DNA of 64,000 nt, from positions 175,212,001 to 175,276,000 of the forward strand of contig NC_042997.1 of NCBI RefSeq assembly GCF_006345805.1. Direction: 5' to 3'. The position numbers and the translations under genes were made by a program. The stretch comes from Octopus sinensis. Its lineage: Eukaryota. Below the pieces are notes generated by a model. It was given only the letters and a program-made list of their open reading frames with translations. It ran no database searches and was not told the DNA's origin. Positions 22,433 to 35,600 of this stretch are shown in pieces (positions within the stretch are counted from its first letter, which is position 1; every line of letters begins with the position of its first letter).

Positions 22433-22959
22433 GGAGTTTGATCATGCACGAACAGATAGTGCAAATTTTAAAATTTAATTTTTAATTTCATTTTAGATTT
22501 AATCAATTTTTTAATTTGTCATTTGAAGAATATTTAAATTGTTATTTTCGATAAAAATGTTATTGCGAAAAAAAAAATTGTTTAAAATATTAATAATCAT
22601 AAATCTTTTCTTTTTTGTTTTCATTCCAATAATTAAACAAAACATTCAATGTAAGATACTTGTTAAATGTAATGACAGAATTGGAAAGTGAAACAAAAAT
22701 AATAATAATCATAAAATAAAGAAACAACTATGGAAACGGAAAGACATTTCACTCGACTAATGCGGAAATGTGTTCAAAAGTGAAGTGTTTAATTTGTCAC
22801 CGTAAAGTGTCATTCCGCCACCGTCACCATCACTGAAATATCAATAGCAGCACAGGAGTGTCGTCTAATTGATGTTTCAATTTTCTACAAATCGCGAAGG
22901 TTTTGGCTTTGTGACACTCTGTGGTACCAACTAAATATTATGGCTAAATCATCGAGATA

Positions 22960-23145
22960 CAGCGACCAATCAGCTAGTGCTTTATAAATAGCTTCTTGAT
23001 GTGCTAAGCAAAAATAAAAATAATAAAACCTTTTAGTATGGTGTTCGGAGGGCGTTTGGTATATAGGATGTCAACAAACTTTTAATTTTCGGTCGCTGGA
23101 TAATCAGACCTGGATTTTTCTAACTATATCACCTTATTGGTAAGT
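22960..23145 (+). promoter_or_regulatory. Candidate promoter and non-coding first exon of a long plus-strand gene
   Basis: GACCAATCAG (CCAAT 22966-22970), TATAAATA (22983-22990), consensus donor TTG|GTAAGT (23139/23140), inside a repeat-free, relatively CpG-rich stretch (about 22.7-23.8 kb). Confidence 0.5.
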
Positions 23146-24573
23146 TTAACTATTTTCTCTCAGTTCTTCCCTCCATTGGTAATATTACCCAAAGATTCTA
23201 CTAAGATGTTGATGAATTCTAAATGTTTTAAGACATATCGATCGCAAATGATGGTTGCTATTGATAACAACATTTGTTTTCTTACCATTTGATTTTCATG
23301 TTATAAAGTATTATTTATAAATCAATGCGTGGCTTTTGCGTAATTTCTAGTCTCCTAATTGCTGCTTTCGACGGAATATTATGCGATTTCTCTGCCACAT
23401 TCTTCAATAACAAATTCCATTTTAGCTCGGTTCTTGTAGCTAGCCTGATACAAGTACTTCCCCATACCCTGTCTGAAAATAGTCGATTTTTCGGCAGACA
23501 ACTGGATCTTGTATTAACGACTTGGAAACATGTTATAATAAACCTGATTGTATACGCGCACATATTAGAATTATAAAAGATAAATATCATTTAAAACTTG
23601 TATTTACATTTTCCGTATTACAGCTGGTGCTTTCCATACTGTGTCATGAAGCACCGCGTCGCTTTGAAATGCTAGTATTTTCCGTATATTATGTACATAT
23701 ATATTTCGACATCAGATCAACTTTTTTTTCTTTTTTTTTTTTTTGCGAAGCCCCTTTGATATATTTATAACCAATTAAATGGATGTCGTTTATCCAGCTT
23801 TATTTTTATTTACAAATAGAATTGATATATATTTCTGTCTGCAATATAAAGAATATTTCAACAATTTTACCATGTACTTTCACCGACAACTTATCGCTTT
23901 TTAATTAAGTTTATTTCACACACCTTTATTTCCATTTCTCTTTCATTCTTTCTCCTCCCACACACAATTTAATGGATTATATTAATAATTATCTAATATT
24001 ATTTATTTGTTTATCTATAAAAAAACATTTTCGAATCTGGATGTCTGAAGGTACTTATATTTATTTCTATTTTCTACACAATGCAATCTGTAAGGCTGAC
24101 TACACATCTGTCTGTTAGGCAGGCTTCTACAAGCATGCCAGCTCACCTCCTTGTCTCTACTCTGGCATCTTTTAATTCATCTGTACAACTGTCTCCTGTC
24201 TGACTGTCATTCCTACTGTTTCGTGTCAGAAAAACAACCACTCGCATCTTCTCTTCAAATTACATTCCTTAGATACATCTATTCTTACACATCTCAGCAT
24301 TTTTTCCCCACCAACCTCTGTTTTTATGCTTTACTCCATTCTTGTAATACCGTGTGTGTATGTGCGCCTTGCCTTGTTTATTGGCATGTAAGCTTTAGAT
24401 TATCAACAAACGGATTTTATTTACGTTTTCTAAACAAATCACAATTTTATTTGTTTATTTATTTATCAATCCAAACAGTGCTAATCCACTTTTGTTAAAT
24501 ATATTTATTACAATTATTATTAGTAAGCTACAAAACCACATAGGTGCGAGGGCTGTAGTCGATTTAAGGCGGA

Positions 24574-24655
24574 GGTAAAGAATACGCACACCACCCGTTT
24601 TCTGCCGCTTGGGTTAGGGTTACGCCGAAAACGTGTGGTGTGCGTATTCTTTACC
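24574..24655. mobile_element. 82-bp fold-back mini-element with central TTAGGG
   Basis: About 32-bp arms GGTAAAGAATACGCACACCAC.CGTTTTC.GC with two mismatches; TCGATTTAA duplicated at 24559-24567 and 24656-24664; inserted in an old SINE-A. Confidence 0.7.
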
Positions 24656-24817
24656 TCGATTTAATCGATCTAAATTCTCGACTTGTACTTCTTTCATCGG
24701 TCCCGGAAAGATAAAAGGCAAAGCCAACTCCATTGTAATTTGAACTCGGAGATAAAGGAAGTATTTAGATACTGTGGTATGTTAACCGAAACTGTTTGAA
24801 TAAATTGTGCCGCACAA

Positions 24818-24857
24818 ATGTAGGTGTCTTAGAAATGGATTTCTAAGACACCTACAT
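24818..24857. repeat. Perfect inverted repeat (19-bp arms, 2-nt spacer)
   Basis: ATGTAGGTGTCTTAGAAAT-GG-ATTTCTAAGACACCTACAT. Confidence 0.95.
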
Positions 24858-26386
24858 GGAGCACTGTAAAAACAGCTCTATTTTCTTGCGGTTTCCTCCC
24901 ACTTTTGACTGTTTACCTTCGTCCAAATCTCAACGTGTTACTTTCTATATAAATATTAACAATAGTAAAAATTCAATTAGATGACTCACCTTATGTCTGT
25001 GCGGTGTGTATGTGTAGATATTTAATTACAATACAATCTGTTTCTTTCGAGAAAGAACGAAAAATTAGCACTTGAACGTTTAAGATGTTTTCTTTTTCTT
25101 TTTTAATAAATTCTGAGAAGTTTTAGAAAATCTCTTTTATCTCTCTTTTGATGTATTTTTTTATGTTATTGTTTTTGTATTATTTTTTTTAAAAAAAAGT
25201 TGTATTAATTTTCTTTTCACAATTTAGCACTTTTTTTTTCTTGTTAAACGAAAATACTTCTTATGTAGATAACACTATCTGAGCAGATTATAGTTGGAAC
25301 TAAATCTTGAATTTTATTTGTTCATATGATCAGTGCCAATTTATTTGAAACTATGTAGTCTGCTGTTGACTTGGCTGCAAAGAAGAGAACACGCTGTGTT
25401 GTTGTTTATATATTTATTTATTTTAAACTTACTATTTCTCCATTTATTCATAACACAATAACAGGCAATGATAATTGTTTCCTTGCCACGAGGGCTCAAT
25501 GACGCTATAAGATTATAATTCGATCTAGTGTTTGCAAAATTAACGAGAAATCTTAAGTAAGATTTCATGCACACGTTTTTGTAATGAGTATACATACCCA
25601 AAGGAATGCAATAGATAATAAGTAAATAAGAACAGCTGCGTGTGGAGGATCTGAGTATTCTCAATACCCCAATTACTCTTTACTTTTAGCAAATGTCTTC
25701 CCAATCTCCCGTTCATGCTAAACTGAAGGTTTGAAACGAGCCAGCGAGCAAGTCTCAATGTCGTCGTTCTTATGCTAGAAATAGCAGCCAAAACTCACAC
25801 ATTACACATTACCGTTTCAGAAAAAGTATGTGGTCCAGAATAAAATACGAGATGATGACGGTTGAAGGACTTTGATCATGGTTAGTTCAATCAGGACTGA
25901 CCTGGAGCTAAAACTAAAGGTTTCAATTTTTGTCATAAATTTTTATCTGGGCGAAGTGAAGGATTCCTCGCTAAGATGTTGATGTCATATACAAATGTGT
26001 GTATGTGTGTGTGGGATGCCTGTGTGTCGGACGGGAAGACTTGATATCAGCTCTATCTCATTAACTAGTTTGCCTCTCTATAATCACTGTATATGATATC
26101 CATCTATGAAAGGGAAATCAACCCGATTGAACACGCTTTGATCAAAACATGTTTCGGCTGTAACAAACCTGTATTTTTCTTTCTTTTTCTTTTTTCAGTT
26201 TTAGTGCATCGTCCAATACACCCTTTCCTTTTTAAGGTGGGATGGTGTGATTTGTGCCATTTCTAGCAAACAGAGCAACCATATAGGGTAACCTAACAAG
26301 ATAGTCCATCCATAATAAAAGATATTCAACATAAAACCTCTAGATTGTAGGTCACTGTACAAAGTGCATAAAAGAAGGCTTTAATG

Positions 26387-26433
<47 letters not shown>

Positions 26434-26994
26434 TCACACACACACACATTTTTGGCATTGTACAAAATAGTTAAGTACCAAAGAGTTATTCAATCAGTTG
26501 AAAGTACATCCTTAATGAGAAGAAAAATAATTAGCATTAACCACAGTTCTTGTCAATGAAGGCAAGGGAGATAATTCAAATGTTTAAATTGATTGAAAAA
26601 TAGAAACGTACTAGGGCATAAGTTTGATCTTTGATAAGAACTATGTTGATTCTGAACATGCTTCAGCTTTATTAGACCTACACAGCCAAGTGTAATCTAA
26701 CACAATTGTTCTCAAAGTGTCTGTTATCAGACCCTCACCGAAATATTAGAGAAATTCCCCACAGTTGTCTTTATTAGTGACATGATGGAGTAGAGTTTAC
26801 ATCTAGATAATATTTTTTTTTTCAGTCATCTCATTCTCTGAGAAACAATGTAGATTTAGTTTTTTTTCTATGTGAAAATTATTCAGTAATTAGACATTGT
26901 TAAAATAATGACATTGTGAAAATTTCTCAAGAATGTCTTCTGCATGAAGAATATATAGTTAAGTGCAGGCTTCTTTTGGTTTTCATCAACCAAA

Positions 26995-27228
26995 GGTGGC
27001 GAGCTGGCAGAAATGTTAGCACGCCGGGCGAAATACTTAGTGGTATTTCGTCTGCCGCTACGTTCTGAGTTCAAATTCCGCCAAGGTCAACTTTGCCTTT
27101 CATCCTTTCAGGGTCTATTGAATAAGTACCAGTTACGCACTGGGGGTCGATATAATCAACTTAATCCATTTGTCTGTCCTTGCTTGTCCCTTCTGTGTTT
27201 AGCCCCTTGTGGGTAGTAAAAAAAAAGG
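26995..27228 (+). mobile_element. SINE family A nested in a family-B remnant
   Basis: Full head; TSD GGTTTT(C/T)ATCAACCAAA on both sides. Confidence 0.85.
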
Positions 27229-27402
27229 TTTTTATCAACCAAATCCATTCACAAGGCTTTGATCAGCCCTGGGCTATAGTAAAAGAGGCTGGCTCAAGGG
27301 ACTGAACCTGAAACCATGGGGTTTGGAAACAAACTTGTTAACCACACAGCACACATAAACATAAATACTTCACATGTTTTAGTTCACATTTATCTATTAT
27401 CT

Positions 27403-27763
27403 TTTACTTGTTTCAGTCATTAGATTGTGGCCATGCTGGAGCACAACCTTGAAGAAGTATTTTTCGTTGAATGAATCGACCCCCAGTACTTTCTTTTTTT
27501 CAAGCCTGGTATTTATTTTAACTAAGTTATGGGGATGGAAACACAACAACACTAGTTGTCAAGCAATGCTTGGGTCATTCTCAGACACACAACACACACA
27601 ACAGGATTCTTTCAGTTTCCATCTACTAAATCCACTCACAAGGCTTTGGGTCAGCCCGAGGCTATAGTTGAAGATACGTACCCAAGGTACCATACAGTGG
27701 GACTGAACCTGAAACCATGTGATTGGGAAGCAAACTTCTTACCACACAACCATACCTGCACCT
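27403..27763 (-). mobile_element. SINE family B (older)
   Basis: Reverse-complement match with CpG decay. Confidence 0.75.
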
Positions 27764-27862
27764 ATTCTAACATGTTTTCAATTAGATAACCAGCCTCAAA
27801 ATTTGTAAAAAAAAAAAAAACCTGCATTGGTGGAATACAGACGTAGCATATAGAGTTATATA

Positions 27863-28262
27863 AGGTGGCAAGCTGGCAGAAACGTTAGCATGCCGGGTGA
27901 AATGCGTAGCCGTATTTCGTCTGCCATTACATTCTGAGTTCAAATTCTACCGAGGATGACTGTGCCTTTCATCCTTTCGGGGTCGATTAAATAAGTACCA
28001 GTTACGCACTGGGATCGATGTAATCGACTTAATCCCTTTGTCTGTCCTTGTTTGTCCCCTCTATGTTTAGCCCCTTGTGGGTAGTAAAGAAATAGGTATT
28101 TCGTCTGTCGTTACGTTCTGAGTTCAAATTCCACTGAGGTCAACTTTGCCTTTCATCCTTTCGGGGTTGATAAATAAAGTGCCAGTTTCGCACTGGGGTC
28201 GATGTAATTGACTTAATCCCTTTGTCTGTCCTTGTTTAGCCCCTTGTGGGCAGTAAAGAAAT
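27863..28262 (+). mobile_element. SINE family A dimer
   Basis: Full unit joined via AATAGGTATTTCGTCTG to a head-truncated unit; degenerate TSD ATA(T)AGAGTTATATA / ATATTGAGTCATATA. Confidence 0.85.
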
Positions 28263-28365
28263 ATATTGAGTCATATATTATAATTTTGACTAAATCTTGT
28301 ACATTTTCAGTGTCTCCTATACAGCTGCAGAAGGCATGTTTCTTTTTCTAATTTTGTTTTTATAG

Positions 28366-28532
28366 GAAGGATGTGCCTATGACCTTCATAGAACCTTCAA
28401 GACTAATGTGATTGATGTAGTTTATGTTTAGCTTGTTACATCTGTAAATCAACACCCACAAACAATATGGTTGGGTATGGAATTCCAGAAGATTGATATT
28501 TCTGAAGAGGAATTGTTGGGTGACACACACTG
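28366..28532 (+). other. Candidate exon, possibly containing a start codon
   Basis: Branch-like CTAAT (28348) plus pyrimidine tract and TAG|G at 28365/28366; ATG at 28477 gives MEFQKIDISEEELLGDTH; donor ambiguous (28475 GTATGG or 28533 GTTGGC). Confidence 0.3.
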
Positions 28533-29764
28533 GTTGGCATTGTATATTTTCATTTCCTTTTATTGATAGACTTTAAAATACCACTATTTCTTCTTCTGAA
28601 GATTATCCTTTTGTTTAAATACATCTATAAATTGTTTTTTTTTTTTTGTTTTTTTTTTATGGGGTTGGGGTTAGTTGTCCTTGCTTGAATAGGGCTTTTA
28701 ACACATGTAAAATACAGCATTTCTTTGCTTGAAAACCAATTTTTCTGGATTGCTGTTGAAAATTTTCAAAATCTTCTCCAGACCTGAAACAAGATTTATT
28801 TAAACTTGGCACTGAATGCGCTTAAACATGTAGAGAATAGTCAGTTTTTAGAATAATGAATAAAGTTATTGCCTCTATCAATTTCTGTTTCGTAATATCA
28901 GCATTGCTCAATAGCTCACTATTTTAGCTTCATGGTTCTGTTTTAATGTTTATTTTTGATAATATGCCAAAAGAAGACACGAGTCGAATAACATGTAGCT
29001 TCATAGAATAGACATATCAAGAAAGGTGAAATGGAAGCAAAATGAATGGATGTTTCACAGTTTGAAAATATTTCTGAACATTTTACCTCTTCTATTTTCT
29101 GTTTGTGAATTTTATTTGTGTTCTATTGATAGCTTTAAAAATAACAAAAATAGTTTTGTCTAAACATTCTTCTTTTGTTTGAATAGCCTGCTCTCCCCGC
29201 TCTTCTTTTCTTCTCTCCCCCTCTCTCTCCCTCTCTCTCTCTATCTATCTATCTATCTATTCATTTATTTCAAACATAAATCGTCATCAGCAGTTTCCAT
29301 ACTGGCATGGGTTTGATGGATCATCACAACTCATATCAGTTCTAATTTGGAATTACTACTGTCCTAGAGGATTAGAAGACCACATCACACTCTTATTTCA
29401 TTTTTTTTTTTTGCATAGTTTCAATGACCAGATAGCCATCCTATCACTAATTACTTTATAAAATGCTACCCAGTGAAATGTAATAGTGTCTTAGGAAAGG
29501 TAATTGCTGATACTACAGGAAATAATTTCTTTTTTAATTACTTCCCCCAATTTCCTGGTGAGCATTTTACTGTGGCTTCAGTATGGGAGAGGTTGTCATG
29601 TCCTTGACAAAACTAAAGGGCTCTCTCTACTCCACATTGTCTTCATCAGTTTACCATCCACATCACTGGGTATACTAAGTGAATTTTATCATAGCACCAG
29701 CTCTAGAGTGGTTGCCTTATCCTCAGAATAAAAATCCTCTCTACTCTGTATCATCTCTATTTGT

Positions 29765-29988
29765 TTAACCTTTTAGTATTTAAACCAGCCATATCCAACC
29801 CAAATATTCTACCTATTTTGTTTTAACCAGCCAGATCTGACCTCTCACACCTACTCTGCAATGTCATTCTAAAAATAAACAATAACATCGTCAAATTTTG
29901 AAGCAACAAGATAATGCCTGATTAATTTAAGTCAGTATGAATAAATAAGCATTACATTTAACAGAGTAATATGAATGCTAAAGGGTTA
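29765..29988. mobile_element. piggyBac-like MITE
   Basis: TTAACCTTTTAGTATT...AATGCTAAAGGGTTA termini. Confidence 0.75.
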
Positions 29989-30594
29989 TGGCAAAATGAC
30001 CAAGTGGGTGAATTGAAAAGTGAGTGAAAGATAAAGAGAGATTATGATGGGGAGAAATAAAGAGATAAGTACAAACGAATGATAAAGGTAGTAATGGAAG
30101 AGAGACATTGATTGGCAGCTATATTGTTAGTGCTGGTAAAGAAATTGAATAAGTAAGAGTGACATATTAGTGGAAGAAAGAATGACATGAAGAAAACAGG
30201 GTGAGGGAGGTGGTAGAAGAGGAAATAATGGGGATGAGGGAAATTGATTTATGTCAACAAGGGGTGACAGAGAGAGTATTGCAAGAGAGAAAATGGGTAG
30301 CAATGAAGAAGGGTGATGTTAATTGGGTTGAGGTAAGGAGAGAGAGAGAGCACTAATGATAGATAGCACTAAAGATGGGTAATAAGTATTGGTAATAAAG
30401 ATTAGTGATGGTGAGAGAGAGAGAGGGGGGAGCTAATGTATGACAGTAATAAAGATGAATGAGAGAGAATGTCAGGTAGTAATAAAAATGGGTAATGATA
30501 AGAGATTAAAAAGTCAATTAGTAATAAAGAAATTTAAAAACAAAAGAAAACAGTTTTGGTCTGTGACCAATACTGTTTTCATTTTTCCAATAAA

Positions 30595-30900
30595 TCATCA
30601 ACATCATTTAGTGCCCATTGTCCATGCTGGCATGGGTTGGATGGTTTGACCAAGGTTGGCAAGCTGGAAGGTTGCACCAGACCCCAGTCTGATTTGGCAT
30701 GGTTCCTATTGCTGGATGTCCTTCCTAATGCCAACCACTCTGAGAGTGTAATGAGTGCTTTTATATGCCACCGGCATGGGTGCCATTTGCATGACTTTGG
30801 TATCTGCCATGACTGTGATTTTACTTCGCTTGATGGGTCTTCTCAAGCATGACATAATGCCAAAGGTCTTGGTCATTGCCTCCATGAGATCCAACAACTC
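30595..30900 (-). mobile_element. RTE-like LINE 3' end
   Basis: Includes ORF end resembling LDLMEAMT..DLW.Y..LEKTHQAK*, then the shared 3' UTR and GAT tail. Confidence 0.75.
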
Positions 30901-31401
30901 TGAGCATATTTCTGTTATTTTTCTAACTTCAGCAGCATATAGCCTTTGTTGTATTTGATGTATTTGTAATTAAACCAGCTAGTATTTATGCAATATTGTA
31001 CATTGTTGCCATAGAAAAATAGAAATGTTTAGAAATGAAATAATTTGAACATGTCATCCACATAAAAGACAATAGTTAAGGTAGTCTTAGTCTATATAAC
31101 ATACTTAACATGTGTGTTGTTGAAAAACCAGAACCTGCTATTTTTCATTCAGGAAATGTACCTTTCTAGATATATTATATTAAAAAAAAGAACAATCTAC
31201 TTCAGGGCTAGGCAAAACAAAATTGCCTCCAGGAGCAACCATAGACCAGCAGATAAGTATTTTGCTGTAGTTCTGGCTAGTCATTCTTATCATTTCTGAA
31301 ACAAGATCGAATCAGCCAGTCTAAAATATATAGAAATAGTGTATAAGATATACATTGGTTTGCAATGTATATCTAGAGTGGTTTGCAATGTATATCTAGA
31401 G

Positions 31402-31652
31402 CAGGCTGGCCAACTCAAATTACATTGCAGGTCCTTTAATCACAGAAAGTTTTTTGAGGGCTGCTTGTATACAGACAGAATTGAATGAATGATCATTGAT
31501 TCAACATGAAATATTATCGTTGCAAAAACAGTATTATCTTTCTTTTTTACTTTTCATCACAATCTTTAACTTTTGATAAAATTTTTTAAATGTTTGTTTA
31601 AATAAACCCATTTCAGGAAAGTATCAAGTAGGCCTCACGTTGGCCAGCCCTG
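31402..31652. mobile_element. hAT (Charlie-type) MITE
   Basis: CAGGCTGGCCAAC / GTTGGCCAGCCCTG termini; flanks ATCTAGAG / CTCTAGGG. Confidence 0.7.
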
Positions 31653-31914
31653 CTCTAGGGTATAGAGCTGCTTCTATTGCATAATTTGAGTTAAGCTAGT
31701 GTTTGCATACTTTGTGTGTGGAGCATTAACAAAATTAACTAGAAATAAATCTACAGTGAGAAAAAAAATATTAGTCAATGACTGCTAATAAGTCTTTCTA
31801 CTTATAGGCATGAGACCTGAAGTTTTTTGGGAATAGTCAAGTTAGTTACTTCGACCCCAGTGCTCAGCTGGTACTTATTTATTTAAATCCTGAAAGGATG
31901 AAAGGCAAAGTCAA

Positions 31915-32160
31915 CATCATCATCATCGTTTAACATCCGCTTTCCATGCTAGCATGGCTCGGACGATTTGACTGAGGTCTGGCGAACCAGATGGCTGCAC
32001 CAGACTCCAATCTGATCTGGCAGAGTTTCTACAGCTTGATGCTCTTTCTAACGCCAACCACTCTGAGAGAGTAGTGGGTGCTTTTATGTGCCACTGGCAT
32101 GGGAGCCAGTCAGGCGGTACTGGCAACAGCCACATTCAAATGGTGCTTTTTATGTGCCAC
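31915..32160 (-). mobile_element. RTE-like 3' UTR fragment nested in an old SINE-A (about 31795-32250)
   Basis: (CAT)n tail then the shared 3' UTR; the SINE sequence GGCAAAGTCAAC resumes as TTGGTGGAATTTG. Confidence 0.75.
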
Positions 32161-33008
32161 TTGGTGGAATTTGTAAATTCCACAAGAATGTAAAACTAGA
32201 AGAAATGCCGCTCAAAATTTTGTCCTGTGCAGTAACCATTTTGACTAATAATAATAGTTTCATTTTTATATATTTCAGAGGTATACACTGAAACCTAAAT
32301 TGTAAATGACATACAGTGAATTTAGTGTCAACATATTAAATGCAATCAGTCTAAAAAATCTGATTAAGTATGCTTATGCATCAAAATCACATGGTCTTGA
32401 GTTTGATCCCTCTGTGTGGTCATCTTGGGCAAGTGTCTTCTTGTATAGCTTCAGATTAACCAATACCTTGGTGTAATTCGGTAGATAAACTGTATTGATG
32501 CTTGTTGAGTGTGTGTGTGTGAAAGAGAGAGAGAGAGAGAGGGAGGGAGATAGTATTTGTCTCTGCGTGTCTCCATACTGATCTACTTGTGCAGTGGTAA
32601 GGTCTTTTTTTTTTTTATTGCTCCATATGTTTAGTATCTTAGTTTCAATGTGAAAAGATCAATGAAATACTATCCTTTACCTGAAAAAGAAAACCAAAAA
32701 TGCACAAGTACAGGTTGGCATCAGAATGTTCATCCAATGGCAGAATACTGCCTCGAAATTCTTGCTTTACTCATGCCAATGTGAATGTAAAAAGGCAAAA
32801 TTATGTTGTAAGGAAAAGAAAACATTGGCTCACGACTGATATATTTTAATCATTCCAGTAAGTGTGGGAGACAATTCAAGACAGGTATCTGTCTTATAAG
32901 ACCTCATCAACAAAGCATAAACTTTACTGTACTTGCAGAAGTAATGCTAAGAGAATCATTAAATTTTTTGAACTAAAGTAGAGGTGGAAATAAGTATATA
33001 TATATATA

Positions 33009-34288
33009 CGAGGGGCGTTCAATAAGTAATGCCCCTGACCCACTTCCCATAGCAGTAGAGCAACGAAACTTGGCACAGTTATTAGTCTTTTTCTACATAG
33101 GAACCACCCAGAGTTACACATTTCTCCCATCGTTTGATGCAGCTCTGAAGACCGTTTTTGTAGAAGACCCCAGCTTGGTCCTCCAACCACGACGTGACTT
33201 CAGAAATCAAGGCTGCATCATCTGGGAAACGCTTTCCTTTCAAAAACAACTTCATGGCTGGGAAGAGGTGAAAATCAGAGGGTGCAGGTCAGGAGATGGG
33301 GGATGAGTTCATAGCCGCACGCCTGTGCTTCTGATCTGGCGACACGCGAGTTGTGGATCGGAGCGTTGTCCTGCAGGAGGAGGATGCCTTTGCTGATCTT
33401 GCCCCACCTCTTGATTTTGATAGCTTCTTTTAATTTCCTCAAAAGTGAAGCATAATAGACTCCTGTAATTGTGGCACCCTTTGCCAAGAAATCTGTCATC
33501 ACTACACCATCCTGGTCCCAGAAGATTGTGAGCATGACCTTGCCAGCGGAGGGCTGCACCCTTGCCTTCTTTGGAGGAGGTGAGTCACGGTGCTTCCACT
33601 GCATTGACTGGGCTTTGGTCTCTGGATCATAGTGATGGACCCAGGTTTCATCCTGTGTAATCAGTCTTTTGAAAAATTTTGACTCATCTTCTTGGCACAT
33701 CTTCAAATTCATCCTCGCGTTATCGACGCGTTCTTGCGTCTGGAAAGGGGTGAGCAGCCTGGGAATTCATCTGGCAGACACCTTTTGCATATGCAAATGG
33801 TCATGAATGATAGTTTCCACAGACCCGGTACTAATCTTGACCTCATGGGCTATTTGGCGAATAGTTATGCGTCGATCTTCCAAAATGGCAGCCTCAACTT
33901 GACGGACAGATGCCTCATCAATGGCAGAAGGGGGTGGCCAGATCTGGGAGCTGTTTCCACAAAGTTCCGACCATGTTTGAATTCACGATGCCAGCGTTTT
34001 ACAAGGTCATATGATGGGGCATCATCACCATAAGTTACTTTTATTTCATCAAAAGTCTCCCGTGGTGTGCGTCCTTTCAAATACAAAAACCGGATCACTG
34101 CTCGACACTCAACAGGCTCCGTTTCACACTTGACTCAGTTCAAACACCTGTAAATCAGAAACCACAATTAGTTCAGAGCTGTAATTTGCCACTTAATCTA
34201 TAGATATATAGGTAATTGCACATGCAAAATTTCAGCTAGATCAAACAACTGCAAGTGGGTAGAGGCATTACTTATTGAACGCCCCTCG
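33009..34288 (-). mobile_element. Near full-length mariner transposon (1280 bp)
   Basis: TA TSD, TIRs CGAGGGGCGTTCAATAAGTAATGCC; frameshifted transposase. Confidence 0.95.
33101..34121 (-). pseudogene. Mariner (DD34D-type) transposase pseudogene
   Basis: ORF pieces IRFLYLKGRTPRETFDEIKVTYGDDAPSYDLVKRWHREFK and LITQDETWVHHYDPETKAQSMQW...GKVMLTIFWD...LLQDNAPIH; frameshifts; probable start codon reads ACG. Confidence 0.9.
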
Positions 34289-34292
34289 TATA

Positions 34293-34867
34293 TGTGCATG
34301 AGAAGACCCGGCAGGACAAGTGAGACCATAACCCTTGGCCTCTACACGGGATGTAGCCAGTCCACTTATGCATACCTTTCCTTCTTGGGACACAAAACTC
34401 TACTTGTGAAGACCTGCTGAGGCAAGTGAAAATCGAAATCGATCAAATCAGTGGAAATTGCAGCTGTGATACCAGTGCCAGTGGTACGTAAGAGAACCAT
34501 CTGAACGTGGCCGTTGCCAGCACTGCCCCGACTGGCCTCGTGCTGATGGCATGTAAAAAGCACCACCCGACCGTGGCCATTGCCAGCCTCGCCTGGCCCC
34601 CGTGCCAGTGTCACGTAAAAAGCACCATCCGATCGTGGCCATTTGCCAGCCTCATCTGGCACCTGTGCCGGTGGCACGTAAAAGGCACCCACTACACTCA
34701 TGGAGTGATTGGCGTTAGGAAGGGCATCCAGCCGTAGAAACATTGCCAGATCAGACTGGAGCCTGGTGCAGCCTTCTGGCTTCCCAGACCCCAGTTGAAC
34801 CGTCCAACCCATGCTAGCATGGAAAGCGGACACTAAACGATGATGATGATGATGATGATGATGATGA
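34293..34867 (+). mobile_element. RTE-like LINE 3' end with expanded 3' UTR repeats
   Basis: Begins with ORF end ..EKTRQDK*, then about four GTGCC.GTGGCACGTAAAAAGCACC-type units, TGGCGTTAGGAAGGGCATCCAG and a (GAT)n tail. Confidence 0.8.
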
Positions 34868-35393
34868 AGGAACTTTCTCAGATAATGTCTGCACAGAAAA
34901 CAACAGTGAAATTAATATCAACATATTTCATGTAAAAGAATATTAAAAAATCTCTTTTTTTTTTGTTTCTCACCACATTAAATATGTTACAACATACTTA
35001 AACTATTGTTTTTCTTGCAAATGACAACTTTAAGTAATTTCTTTCAGTGTTTACTTATATTTCTTAGCAGCTTTTCCAATGAAATTTCCTGCTCCAGACA
35101 TTAGTTTTTACTTCGCACAGTATATCGTGATAACCTTCTGTTTGTGTCTCTTTCTTATCTGATTCATGTAAATCACAAGCCACTTCTAGTGACTGTGTTA
35201 TAACTGTTTATGTTTTTTGATCATAAATAACATTTCAATATGTCTTCACAGTCTAAAAATCAGTATTATTGTTGTGACTCATCACACTACTGTTATCACA
35301 CCCCAAAAAAATAAAAGATTCTGAAAAAGATTATGTCCCTGTTCACCCTAAAAAGCAGAAGTGCAATTGTTTTTTATCTAAAATAGAATGTAA

Positions 35394-35440
<47 letters not shown>

Positions 35441-35442
<2 letters not shown>

Positions 35443-35600
35443 GCTGTTACAAAAGGTTTGCCTCCTTGGCACAGCCAGAATAGTCGGGAAAGTATTAGAT
35501 AGTCGAAAAGAATAGCTACCATGATACTGTAGGCTGCAGGTAACCAGCCCACTATGCATGTAAGACTCCAGGAGTTTCAACAAAACCTGAGTTATAAAGA
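35441..35600 (+). mobile_element. R4/Dong-like LINE 3' end in (TAA)n
   Basis: LLQKVCLLGTARIVGKVLDSRKE*; flanked by AAT repeats. Confidence 0.7.

Noticed and set aside
23315-23590. Overlapping 83-91 aa ORFs near the candidate promoter
   Set aside because: No recognisable domain; lengths are compatible with chance.
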